From the IMG/VR virus record IMGVR_UViG_3300029989_000005: a DNA stretch of 64,000 bases; one strand, 5' to 3'. The stretch comes from a virus. The notes beneath the pieces are model-generated. The model worked only from the letters and a program-made list of their open reading frames with translations, was not told the origin of the DNA and ran no database searches. The position numbers and the translations under genes were made by a program. Of the stretch, positions 10,377 to 19,103 are shown piece by piece (position 1 is the first letter of the stretch; every line of letters begins with the position of its first letter).

Positions 10377-10426
10377 ACATGACAGGCTGTCAATTTGGCA
10401 GCCTGTCAATTTGGCAGCCTGTCATG
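10377..10426. repeat. 16-bp tandem repeat (ctgtcaatttggcagc x2) inside a catgacaggctg...cagcctgtcatg inverted repeat
   Basis: Read directly from the sequence; could act as both terminator and TGTCA-N3-TGRCA binding array. Confidence 0.75.
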
Positions 10427-10434
10427 CTTGTTGT

Positions 10435-10564
10435 AAATTATGTCATTTTGACAGTTAAATTATTAAAAGATGTTAAAGCTTTGTTTTTGTAGTTAAAGTT
10501 TGTTAAAAATTATACGAATTGACATATATAATAACAAATTTGGCACGATTTTTGCAGTATAATT
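10435..10564 (+). promoter_or_regulatory. Duplicated regulatory cassette, copy 2, with a perfect sigma54 -24/-12 consensus
   Basis: ttggcacgatttttgca at 10540-10556 matches YTGGCACG-N4-TTGCW; tgtcattttgaca lies about 100 bp upstream. Confidence 0.75.
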
Positions 10565-10604
10565 TCTTGAAAACAATTAAGTATTATTAATTATAATTTA
10601 AAAA

Positions 10605-11405
10605 ATGGAAATTATGTTACACGAAAAATTTTATCTAAACTTAATCAGCAAGTCACAAATCACAAGTGCAAATGCTATTTTCTTTAACAAAGCTATGGGA
10701 ACTTTTTTAGTTGCCAAGTCAGGAATCAAAAACAACAGCTTACAGCCTGTTGTAATTACAGCCAATGGTACTATACCCGAAAACGGTGAATATTCAGATG
10801 GTTTTGTTGAATCAACCGATCAATTGGGGGAATATGTAGAATTAATGAATTCTAGCAACAGCGACTTGAATGGTGACCTACTTTATGTCATTGATAACGG
10901 AAAGGGGTCATTACTTGTTGATTTTAGCAATGCTAATGGCGTAGATACAAAATCTGGTGGTTTGATACAATCTATTGATTTGGCTAGCGGTAGTGATTAT
11001 TCGGTTACCAATGAAATCGTAATTACACCAAAATCTAAAGTAGGAACAAAACTTGATGTTGTTCCTAATGATTTCATTAAAGAGGTTATTGACGAAAAAC
11101 CTAAAGCAGAAACAAAGCTTAAAACAAAGGTTGTTAAAACAGCAGTGGCTATCGGTACTATTGCAAATCTTTCAAAACTTGAAGAAACTGTGTTAGCCAA
11201 ATGTATGGATGTTGCGGGGGAAGGTGCAATGAACGCAAACCACACAGGTTTTTCTTTCAGAGTTTGTGAAGGTAACTTATCAATGGCGGGTGCTTTTTCA
11301 ACTCTGCAACGTAAAGGATATATTGAAACATTCGTTGACAAGTTGGATAAACGTAAGGAAAAATTTTTCAGAATTATCAGGGATAAAGATGGAAAACTTT
11401 TGTAG
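10605..11405 (+). CDS. Hypothetical protein with a possible C-terminal winged-helix domain
   Basis: 266 aa; K-rich linker followed by LSKLEETVL...AGAFSTLQRKGYIE. Confidence 0.6.
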   Translation: MEIMLHEKFYLNLISKSQITSANAIFFNKAMGTFLVAKSGIKNNSLQPVVITANGTIPENGEYSDGFVESTDQLGEYVELMNSSNSDLNGDLLYVIDNGKGSLLVDFSNANGVDTKSGGLIQSIDLASGSDYSVTNEIVITPKSKVGTKLDVVPNDFIKEVIDEKPKAETKLKTKVVKTAVAIGTIANLSKLEETVLAKCMDVAGEGAMNANHTGFSFRVCEGNLSMAGAFSTLQRKGYIETFVDKLDKRKEKFFRIIRDKDGKLL

Positions 11406-11428
11406 TTGACAAGTGAAAAAAATCGTTA

Positions 11429-11474
11429 TTATAAAATGTGGGAAAACTTTAAATAGTTTTCCCACATTTTATAA
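11429..11474. terminator. Long hairpin terminator
   Basis: ttataaaatgtgggaaaact / agttttcccacattttataa, 20-bp perfect stem. Confidence 0.75.
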
Positions 11475-11516
11475 ATAATAATATAATTTATAAAACACCA
11501 ATAAACACAACCTATC

Positions 11517-12656
11517 ATGGAGCAAATTAAAAAATCCGTAATTGATTTACTTAATTTTTTGTCATATGATGAAGAATCAAGATTCCTTCCACAAAGTCAA
11601 AGCCTTTACTATAAAAAAATAGGAAAAGCAAGCGTTGAAAAACAATGTGATGAACTTGAAAAAGTTGATTTCACGATTGAATATAACATGAACGGATATT
11701 CGTTTGAATATATTACATTTGCAAGGGATAAGGCTAATGTTTCTTTACGTGTTAAATATGATGGTATAGCTATTTTACCAAAAAATGAATTCGGCTTACA
11801 GACAATCAAAACTTTCATATATCGTGCTTATACTCTAATAAACGATGGAAAATTAAATATAAATGTTTTACCTGTTTTGCCATCCTCCAAATTAATTGAA
11901 TTCTTATCGGATAATCATATTGAATATAAAAAGGATGAAAATATTCAAATGGAGGGTGCTGTAATAATTAATATTGCATCGTTACCAATAATGGATATAT
12001 CATATGAATCAATGGGTGATATAAGTTTCCCAACGTTCACGGCATCAAAATTGGTAAGAATTGAAATGGAATTATTTTGGCTACAATCATTGAGGAAATA
12101 TTTAAAATCTCTGTCTAGCGTACCTTTAGACACACCTTTTAAGCCTACCGTTGAAGTTGATAATTGGCTTAAAAGCATAGGTATTACATCTTACAGCGGA
12201 TATTCACAAAAAACAGAGGCTGCAGAATCTGATAATACTAATTCGTATAAAATTAAAACTTTAAAGACAAAGATTTCTTCATTATCTAACATACCAACGG
12301 TTGAGGCTGTTAATAAAAAAATTGCATCAGGCAAACCATTAACACCATCTGAAAATATATTGAATGATGCAATTAAATGGTTCAATGAATATGTAGCGGA
12401 TGAATTAAAACCGATAAAATCTGAAAAAATTTATAAAACAGTTAGACAGGAACTAATATATCAACAAGAAAAGGAAACCGATTCAAATATAAAATTGAAA
12501 CTTTTCCAAATATCACAAATAGGTTTTTATATATTAACAACAGGGAATTGGTTCGAGGACAAAAAAAGTTTCGAGGACAATACTTTGGAATTTGATTATA
12601 ATGATAAAAAATTTACTGCAACATTTGAATTATCCGAAGATACTGTAAAATTATAA
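11517..12656 (+). CDS. Hypothetical phage protein
   Basis: 379-aa ORF between two hairpins. Confidence 0.7.
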   Translation: MEQIKKSVIDLLNFLSYDEESRFLPQSQSLYYKKIGKASVEKQCDELEKVDFTIEYNMNGYSFEYITFARDKANVSLRVKYDGIAILPKNEFGLQTIKTFIYRAYTLINDGKLNINVLPVLPSSKLIEFLSDNHIEYKKDENIQMEGAVIINIASLPIMDISYESMGDISFPTFTASKLVRIEMELFWLQSLRKYLKSLSSVPLDTPFKPTVEVDNWLKSIGITSYSGYSQKTEAAESDNTNSYKIKTLKTKISSLSNIPTVEAVNKKIASGKPLTPSENILNDAIKWFNEYVADELKPIKSEKIYKTVRQELIYQQEKETDSNIKLKLFQISQIGFYILTTGNWFEDKKSFEDNTLEFDYNDKKFTATFELSEDTVKL

Positions 12657-12676
12657 TCATTAAGTACTATTTATTA

Positions 12677-12711
12677 AATGGGCTTCCAAATATACATATT
12701 GGAAGCCCATT
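12677..12711. terminator. Hairpin terminator
   Basis: aatgggcttccaa / ttggaagcccatt. Confidence 0.7.
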
Positions 12712-12748
12712 ATATATTTGCAAGTATAAATAAAATAAAACAAGATAT

Positions 12749-13408
12749 ATGATATCTAATCCAATATATGATAATTTTTATGCTGCGTTGTCAAGGAACT
12801 TTTTATCAACAGTTCCCGAAATTGAAAAATCATTTGGTAAATATTATGCTAAATTTGATTTTCAATATGCTAGCCTTGTTGATTACATGAATTCAACAAT
12901 TATGACAGCTAGCCTCCATGGTTTAAAAATAAGTACGAATATTCAATCCAATAACGGTTCTATATCATCGCAATTAGAACAGGGCACTAAAAAAACATTC
13001 TCAACGGGTCTTAATGCTAGATCAAACACAGACAAAAGAATAACTATTGAATTCAAAATAATGAATAATTATTTTGGGTATTTTTTAATGAGAAAGCTGT
13101 TTGTTCATTTTAATAACTGTTATAACAATAATCCAAATTGGTTTCTTCCCGAAATAAATATGGGGCTTATTGACGATTATGGAAATATTATTTTTACAAA
13201 TATATATGATGATATTGTATTTGAGTCTATTTCAGAAATGTCATGGAAAAAGAATGATGTAGCCGTACAATACAAGTCTTTTACATGTACATTTGTATAT
13301 AATAGAAACTCAGAAATTGATTGCTTTGACCCTGAATATGAAGGTCATGATGGGTTAAATTCTAAGTTAAGGAACACGGATTCCAAAAACACATCTTACA
13401 AAGGATAA
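12749..13408 (+). CDS. Tail tube-fold protein (T4 gp19/gp3/gp54-like)
   Basis: ITIEF...LIDDYGNII...FESISEMSW...FTCTFVY pattern; TATAAATA upstream at about 12725; next to the gp5-like gene. Confidence 0.55.
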   Translation: MISNPIYDNFYAALSRNFLSTVPEIEKSFGKYYAKFDFQYASLVDYMNSTIMTASLHGLKISTNIQSNNGSISSQLEQGTKKTFSTGLNARSNTDKRITIEFKIMNNYFGYFLMRKLFVHFNNCYNNNPNWFLPEINMGLIDDYGNIIFTNIYDDIVFESISEMSWKKNDVAVQYKSFTCTFVYNRNSEIDCFDPEYEGHDGLNSKLRNTDSKNTSYKG

Positions 13409-13409
13409 A

Positions 13410-14213
13410 ATGCCAAATAAAGATAGAATATTAAAGAATAGATACACTGAAATAAGTGAAATAATAGACAATTCATACATAGCTGAAATTGTTGATATTG
13501 GCAAGCTTTCTGAGGGTAATGGTGCAATAAAACTAAAAATATATGGTTTAACGTCATCTGAAATCGGTGAAATAAAAACAGATGATTTACCTTATGCTTA
13601 CCCTTTATTACCTCTCTCATTTGGCAGTAAGGATGGCGGTGGTGCATATAGCTCACCAAAAGTAGGAACTAAGGTTAGGGTTATTTTTATGAATGATTTT
13701 TATCATCAAAGGTACTTTGCACCCGAAACCTTGACATCAGGATTAAAAAAACTAATTAAAGACAATCCTGATGGTGTACATTCTTTAATGTTTGACGAGG
13801 ATAATAAAATACAAATACATTATACTAAGAATTCAGGCTTTTTAATAGATTTAAAAGGTGCTGTTATTTCTATTTCTAACGATGCAGACAGAATATATTT
13901 CAAAAACAAGGATTCAAGCTCTGAGATAGAAATGCAAGGCTCTCAGATAACTATACTTTCAAAAGACGGAATAGATATAACATGCCAAAATAATTGTACT
14001 GTTAACGCACAAACAGTACATATTAATGGTGCTGAAACAAAGGTAGGTGCTAATCCTATATATTCAGCTGTGAACGGAGAACCTATGATGTTACTTTTAA
14101 AAGGTTTGGCTACTATAATAAATGCCAAAATGCCGATAGATGTAACAGCTTTACAATTAGTAAATAATTTAGAAAAGAAAATACTTTCATCAACTGTTAC
14201 AACAACACCATAA
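13410..14213 (+). CDS. Baseplate central spike, gp5/VgrG-like (OB-fold plus beta-helix)
   Basis: AEIVD...IKLKIYG...DDLPYAYP...SSPKVGTKVRVIF motif followed by beta-strand repeats. Confidence 0.8.
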   Translation: MPNKDRILKNRYTEISEIIDNSYIAEIVDIGKLSEGNGAIKLKIYGLTSSEIGEIKTDDLPYAYPLLPLSFGSKDGGGAYSSPKVGTKVRVIFMNDFYHQRYFAPETLTSGLKKLIKDNPDGVHSLMFDEDNKIQIHYTKNSGFLIDLKGAVISISNDADRIYFKNKDSSSEIEMQGSQITILSKDGIDITCQNNCTVNAQTVHINGAETKVGANPIYSAVNGEPMMLLLKGLATIINAKMPIDVTALQLVNNLEKKILSSTVTTTP

Positions 14214-14225
14214 AATTTAAAAATC

Positions 14226-14813
14226 ATGCTTAAAAATTATACTGACAAACAAATATTAGACAGGGTAAAGTTATTACCAAGTTTTAAGGGTATACCAAAA
14301 GGTTATTGGATTGCAGGATTGAGAAGTTTATCAGATACACCAGATCAATATGATGATAAGGCGTATTTATTCAATGGGGAGCTGTTCGTTATGGTTATGC
14401 CAATAACAACCAATCCTGGAGCTTTTGGATTACTTAATTTCTTGACTTTCAATTCAAAAGGTTGTGCTGTAGCATTGGCTGATAATTGGAGTTATAATTG
14501 TTGGCATGGTGGATGGCATAAGGGCAAAATGAAGGCACTTACTCAAATTGGTTCTATTGCATATACAAGGGATAATAATAAGAATATGAAATCTGAAAAC
14601 TATGGTAAAATCTATACTGATATTATTGGATTAAATTTTCATACCTGTTCTTATGAAGGTACTATAGCAAAACTTAAAAATTATTTTGGTAAATTAATTG
14701 GTAAATGGTCTGAGGGGTGTCAAGTTGCCTCAATACCTGAAAAATATTATCAATTTATTGCCGAACCTTACAAACAAATATCTGTAACATATTGTTTGCT
14801 TAAAGAATTTTAA
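14226..14813 (+). CDS. Putative endolysin (YkuD/L,D-transpeptidase-like Cys-His peptidase)
   Basis: GLNFH...WSEGCQV motif; immediately upstream of the holin-like gene. Confidence 0.6.
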   Translation: MLKNYTDKQILDRVKLLPSFKGIPKGYWIAGLRSLSDTPDQYDDKAYLFNGELFVMVMPITTNPGAFGLLNFLTFNSKGCAVALADNWSYNCWHGGWHKGKMKALTQIGSIAYTRDNNKNMKSENYGKIYTDIIGLNFHTCSYEGTIAKLKNYFGKLIGKWSEGCQVASIPEKYYQFIAEPYKQISVTYCLLKEF

Positions 14814-14841
14814 AATTATAAATCTTTTAAATTAAAAAATC

Positions 14842-15012
14842 ATGCTCAAAAATTGGAAAACATCTTTACTTGGGGCTGCTGTAATAGCAGCGGGGGTTTA
14901 TGTTTTTGTAACTACCAAGGATTTCACTCAAACAGGTATAGCCATTACAACAGGTATCGCTTTAATGGCTGCCAAGGATGGTAATGTAACAGGTGGAACT
15001 ATAAAACAATAG
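14842..15012 (+). CDS. Putative holin (56 aa, two hydrophobic segments); not in the ORF track
   Basis: MLKNWKTSLLGAAVIAAGVYVFVTTKDFTQTGIAITTGIALMAAKDGNVTGGTIKQ. Confidence 0.7.
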   Translation: MLKNWKTSLLGAAVIAAGVYVFVTTKDFTQTGIAITTGIALMAAKDGNVTGGTIKQ

Positions 15013-15022
15013 TTGTACAAAA

Positions 15023-15076
15023 ATTAATAACAGAAGAGGCTCTAGATTTTATTCTAGAGCCTCTTCTGTTATTAAT
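15023..15076. terminator. Long bidirectional hairpin
   Basis: 24-bp perfect stem attaataacagaagaggctctaga / tctagagcctcttctgttattaat between convergent genes. Confidence 0.8.
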
Positions 15077-15078
15077 AC

Positions 15079-15124
15079 ACCACAAAAACGGTTTGAATTG
15101 AAGGAAAATACCTCGTCTGTAGTA
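15079..15124 (+). repeat. Dispersed 46-bp intergenic element, copy B
   Basis: accacaaaaacggtttgaattgaaggaaaatacctcgtctgtagta; 38/46 identical to copy A with no gaps. Confidence 0.8.
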
Positions 15125-15148
15125 CGGTGAACTATTTTAGATTATATG

Positions 15149-15808
15149 TTATTTCTCGTACGAAAATTTTAGTTTATAAAATTCCTTATTACCATTTTTA
15201 GATTCCTTAACATTAAATTGCTTTGATAGCTTTTCCATCATAGATTTATCAACATCCTTTAAATCATTCTTTTTGATAGTCATTTTGAATGAAAAATCAT
15301 CCATTTCATCAATGAATGATGAATGAGTTTCGGGATAATATTTTTGTAATAGCTGCAACATGCTATTGAGTGTGCATATTCTTACACCCTCTTTATGGTG
15401 TATTTGGATATCATTATGATCAATGTCTATCTTGTTGAAATTTCTGTAATTATAAACTATAAGTGATGCCTCATGATATTCATCTATTATTGGGAGCAAA
15501 TTATATTTTTCTGATATATTGTTTGAACATTTGATAAATCCAAAGTCATTAATTAAAAAATAATAATTCTTGTTATCAATCTTATTGAAGAAATTGAATG
15601 CTACCTCAACTGTTTCATAGTCATATAATGATTTTAACATAAGGATGTTATCTGAATCAGTTTGTATATCTGATATTTTTTTGATGCCTATGTATTCAAA
15701 ATCATTTATATCAAATTGGTATAAATTTACATTGATAAATACGGTATTTTTCATAAAATTATTTTTAATGTTTTTAAATTTATATTTTCCGAAGGTATTA
15801 TTAATCAA
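15149..15808 (-). CDS. Hypothetical protein (true start may be about 15754)
   Basis: 219-aa ORF. Confidence 0.6.
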   Translation of the reverse strand: MINNTFGKYKFKNIKNNFMKNTVFINVNLYQFDINDFEYIGIKKISDIQTDSDNILMLKSLYDYETVEVAFNFFNKIDNKNYYFLINDFGFIKCSNNISEKYNLLPIIDEYHEASLIVYNYRNFNKIDIDHNDIQIHHKEGVRICTLNSMLQLLQKYYPETHSSFIDEMDDFSFKMTIKKNDLKDVDKSMMEKLSKQFNVKESKNGNKEFYKLKFSYEK

Positions 15809-15811
15809 AAA

Positions 15812-15844
15812 GAAACCCGAAGCCTATAACAGATTTCGGGTTTC
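15812..15844 (-). terminator. Terminator after the tail sheath gene
   Basis: gaaacccgaa / ttcgggtttc followed by a T-tract on the minus strand. Confidence 0.7.
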
Positions 15845-15867
15845 AAATTCAACATAACATTAAATTA

Positions 15868-18800
15868 TTACACAGCAATAAAAGACGATGATGTGACGGC
15901 TCTTCCTTTGATAGTAATACGGTTGATGAACTTTTTAGCAACACCCGCAAACGTTACAATAGTATCAACAACGGCAGCACCCGCCTCAATAAATGAGTCA
16001 GGATTGTTACTTCTGTCAAAGATTAATTCATAAGTATCAATTATCTTATATGTATCCTTCATTGTATTATAATACTTACGAAGGATTGTTGATAATGTTG
16101 CCCTCATTGTATCATCATTGAAATCAAATACATAGGGTTCGATAAGATTTGTTGTATCAATTTCAAATGTGATTAAAGAATCTCTAACATTCAAATTGTT
16201 AAGAGCTGAAACATATTTCTTGTAAGATGTTTCATTACCATAGATAACTAGCTGACCTGATTTACTTATGATTGGATTTATTCCAAATTCAATCAAAGCT
16301 CTATATTCATCGGCTAACATAGGATATTCAGTTCCTTTCACACCATCACCTGAAATGACACCCCTGATAATTCCCGCTGCGGGCTTGTGTTCATCTACAG
16401 TTCCGAATTTTCTCATGAAAGCATTGGAAACGAATGCTGCGGGCGGTACTGAATTTGTTGTACCATCTGTATCCTTAACTGTGATATTTGGGAAGAAAAA
16501 TCCCGCAAAGCTAGCACCATCAACCTCACTAGGTAATGAGTATAGCCAATCAGGATTTTCATCAATGTTACCACCTGCAACTATATAATCAATGTTTATT
16601 TCAGGTAGAGGATTAACTGCCGTTGGTGTATTGGTAAACCTTGGATTTGACGATTTTTTGAATTCTTTAATTGTAGGTGCGTTAAGCAAGCCCAAGCATT
16701 TTTGTCTACGTTTAAAGAATTGTGTCAAGTAAGATTTACTTCCTATTTCAAGACCGTTGTTGAATGTATCAATAAAATAACGGAAATTTACAAGTTCAGG
16801 GTCAACAAGTGCATCACCTATTGATGTATCTGTAAGAGTTTTGTAAATTTTTTGAATCCTCATATTGGATTTATCGGGTAAAGATGATTGCTTAATTTGA
16901 AATCCATCCAAACAGAATAAATCAAGCACCGTGGAAACAGAACTAAATTTGTTAAACATTTCTACAGTATTTGTATTGGCTAATACCGAAACAACTATAG
17001 TATCAGCACAAGTAACTATGAAGGCATTATTAATTAATGAATCACCAACAATAGTATTCTTGATAGATGTTATTCTTGATAATATAGGGTTTTCTGATGT
17101 TCCACCAACCAAATACTTGCCGATAGAAATATTACCTACGGTATTGTCAACAATTACTGAATTGGAGTTAATTTGTGATAAAATTTCAATTCTTGTTGAT
17201 AAAACCTCTTGTGTTGAAACAAAATTTGCAATACCATCATTGGAGAACGTATTTGCCGATACATCGCTGCTAGCGGGTTTAACCGTCATAGTTAAATCGG
17301 TAAAAATATCTATTTTGTAATATTCTCCAAAAATAGCTGTAGTATCAACACCATATGTTTCAGTTGAATATCCCATAATTTCTGTTATCATTATGTAATA
17401 TTCATCACCATCAAGTAATATTTTATCACCTGTTTTCAAGTACCCTGATTTATAGGCTTTAACAAAATCAGAATCTTTGCCCGCAACAATTGATAAATTA
17501 TCAGATGTTAATTTGAAAAAGTTAATATTGCTATATATCTTGGATACGGCATCAATATTAACATAGCTTACACTATCAACCTCTAAATCTTTATTGGCGT
17601 TACCGAGTTCAATGATTATTTGATTAGTAAATTTAGAAATTTTCCTTACTATAAGTTCCTGAGTTGATGTTGTTACAACACCTGATGTCACCCCATCAGC
17701 AGTGGCATTTCCCGAAAAAATATCACCAACTTCCACATATCCTTTGACATTTTCAAAGTTTAAGTAACCCGCTAATACTGTTAAAATTATCTTTTTTGGT
17801 AAGTATACAACAGAAACATGTGCAGCTGCAGTGTCAATTGTGATATTGCTTACCTCAAGATTTTCGGCAAATGTATAATTGTTAGTAAGTGCAGCGTTGT
17901 AACTCATTACATTAATGGCTGTTTTACCACTGTTGATTAATCTATGACCTACTAAGTCAAGAAATCCTGAATTTTCACCATATTCGAATGAATCAAGTTG
18001 TTCTTCATCAATAGCACAAATAGCACCAAGATTTAAAACCGATGAATTTATTTGAGAATCAATAGATAAGTTTGTACCATCTTTGTCAACAAAGTTAGGT
18101 ATAACAATACCGCTAACTCTGAATTTTGATGCAACTTCATTATCAGCAATAAAGTTTTCTAATTGACCCGCAATAAGTCCATTTTTATCAAAGTACTTGC
18201 TGAATGTTGTGTCAACTGATAATGATTCATACTTGTTTGCCGAGTAATCACCAATAACAGCGATTATTTCGATAAAATAATCGGAAATTAAATCTGATGG
18301 ATTCAGGTAAGCGGGTATAGCCTGATCTTTGTACCAATCACGAACTGAAATATCAAATCTTTTAGCCTCTATTTTTTTGATTATAAAAGATAATTTTTGA
18401 TTACTCAAATTTACAAGAGAAAGCAACTTTGACTGATCTTGTGATTCACGTGTAGCCAATAAATATTCCTTTGATGGAACAAAGAATCTTTCTTTCTGAT
18501 AGTAGCTAGCCAAAAGTTTGGTGTTTTTGGTAGAATTATCAGATGCTGAGTCCAACGAAAAGCTCTGATATTGTGCTGTATCGGCATCTGCTACGGGGTT
18601 TCCTTCAGGGGTTACCTCATTATTAAGAGGTATAAGGTTCATAGCAAGTATAGCTGATTCTTTCAAGGCTATTTCGGCTGACCTGTGAAAGAAAGAACCT
18701 TTTCTTTCAAGAGATTTATCGATATTTCCGAATAATGCTCTGAATGTTTTAGTATCTCCTTTTTCAATATAAAATGGTCTGTTTATATGACCAATTTTTG

Positions 18801-18936
18801 AAGAACCCACAACCAAACATACTTGTTTGTTGTTTACAGGTTGTGGAGTATCTGACTCATTGTTGATGATAGTCCAAACTCCCGCACCCTGATATTTGTA
18901 ACGTAAATCACTTAGTGTGATTAATTGGTTTGCCAT
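15868..18936 (-). CDS. Tail sheath protein (T4 gp18-like) with large insertions
   Basis: N-terminal GVW...VVGSSKIG..NRP; C-terminal VPPAAFVS...PAAGIIRG...GINPI...IYGNET...LNNLNVR...FDFND. Confidence 0.93.
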   Translation of the reverse strand: MANQLITLSDLRYKYQGAGVWTIINNESDTPQPVNNKQVCLVVGSSKIGHINRPFYIEKGDTKTFRALFGNIDKSLERKGSFFHRSAEIALKESAILAMNLIPLNNEVTPEGNPVADADTAQYQSFSLDSASDNSTKNTKLLASYYQKERFFVPSKEYLLATRESQDQSKLLSLVNLSNQKLSFIIKKIEAKRFDISVRDWYKDQAIPAYLNPSDLISDYFIEIIAVIGDYSANKYESLSVDTTFSKYFDKNGLIAGQLENFIADNEVASKFRVSGIVIPNFVDKDGTNLSIDSQINSSVLNLGAICAIDEEQLDSFEYGENSGFLDLVGHRLINSGKTAINVMSYNAALTNNYTFAENLEVSNITIDTAAAHVSVVYLPKKIILTVLAGYLNFENVKGYVEVGDIFSGNATADGVTSGVVTTSTQELIVRKISKFTNQIIIELGNANKDLEVDSVSYVNIDAVSKIYSNINFFKLTSDNLSIVAGKDSDFVKAYKSGYLKTGDKILLDGDEYYIMITEIMGYSTETYGVDTTAIFGEYYKIDIFTDLTMTVKPASSDVSANTFSNDGIANFVSTQEVLSTRIEILSQINSNSVIVDNTVGNISIGKYLVGGTSENPILSRITSIKNTIVGDSLINNAFIVTCADTIVVSVLANTNTVEMFNKFSSVSTVLDLFCLDGFQIKQSSLPDKSNMRIQKIYKTLTDTSIGDALVDPELVNFRYFIDTFNNGLEIGSKSYLTQFFKRRQKCLGLLNAPTIKEFKKSSNPRFTNTPTAVNPLPEINIDYIVAGGNIDENPDWLYSLPSEVDGASFAGFFFPNITVKDTDGTTNSVPPAAFVSNAFMRKFGTVDEHKPAAGIIRGVISGDGVKGTEYPMLADEYRALIEFGINPIISKSGQLVIYGNETSYKKYVSALNNLNVRDSLITFEIDTTNLIEPYVFDFNDDTMRATLSTILRKYYNTMKDTYKIIDTYELIFDRSNNPDSFIEAGAAVVDTIVTFAGVAKKFINRITIKGRAVTSSSFIAV

Positions 18937-19042
18937 AATAATAAGGATTAAATGATGATTATTAAATTTTGTTTATTTATTTAACTGTTTATATATATAA
19001 TAAATTGACATATATAATAATAAATTAAGGATAAATGGATAA

Positions 19043-19076
19043 AAAAACCCGATAGTAGCTAAACTATCGGGTTTTT
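19043..19076 (-). terminator. Terminator after the major capsid gene
   Basis: aaaaacccgatagt / actatcgggttttt. Confidence 0.8.
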
Positions 19077-19103
19077 AAATTTAAAATAGAATTTCGATTG
19101 CTA

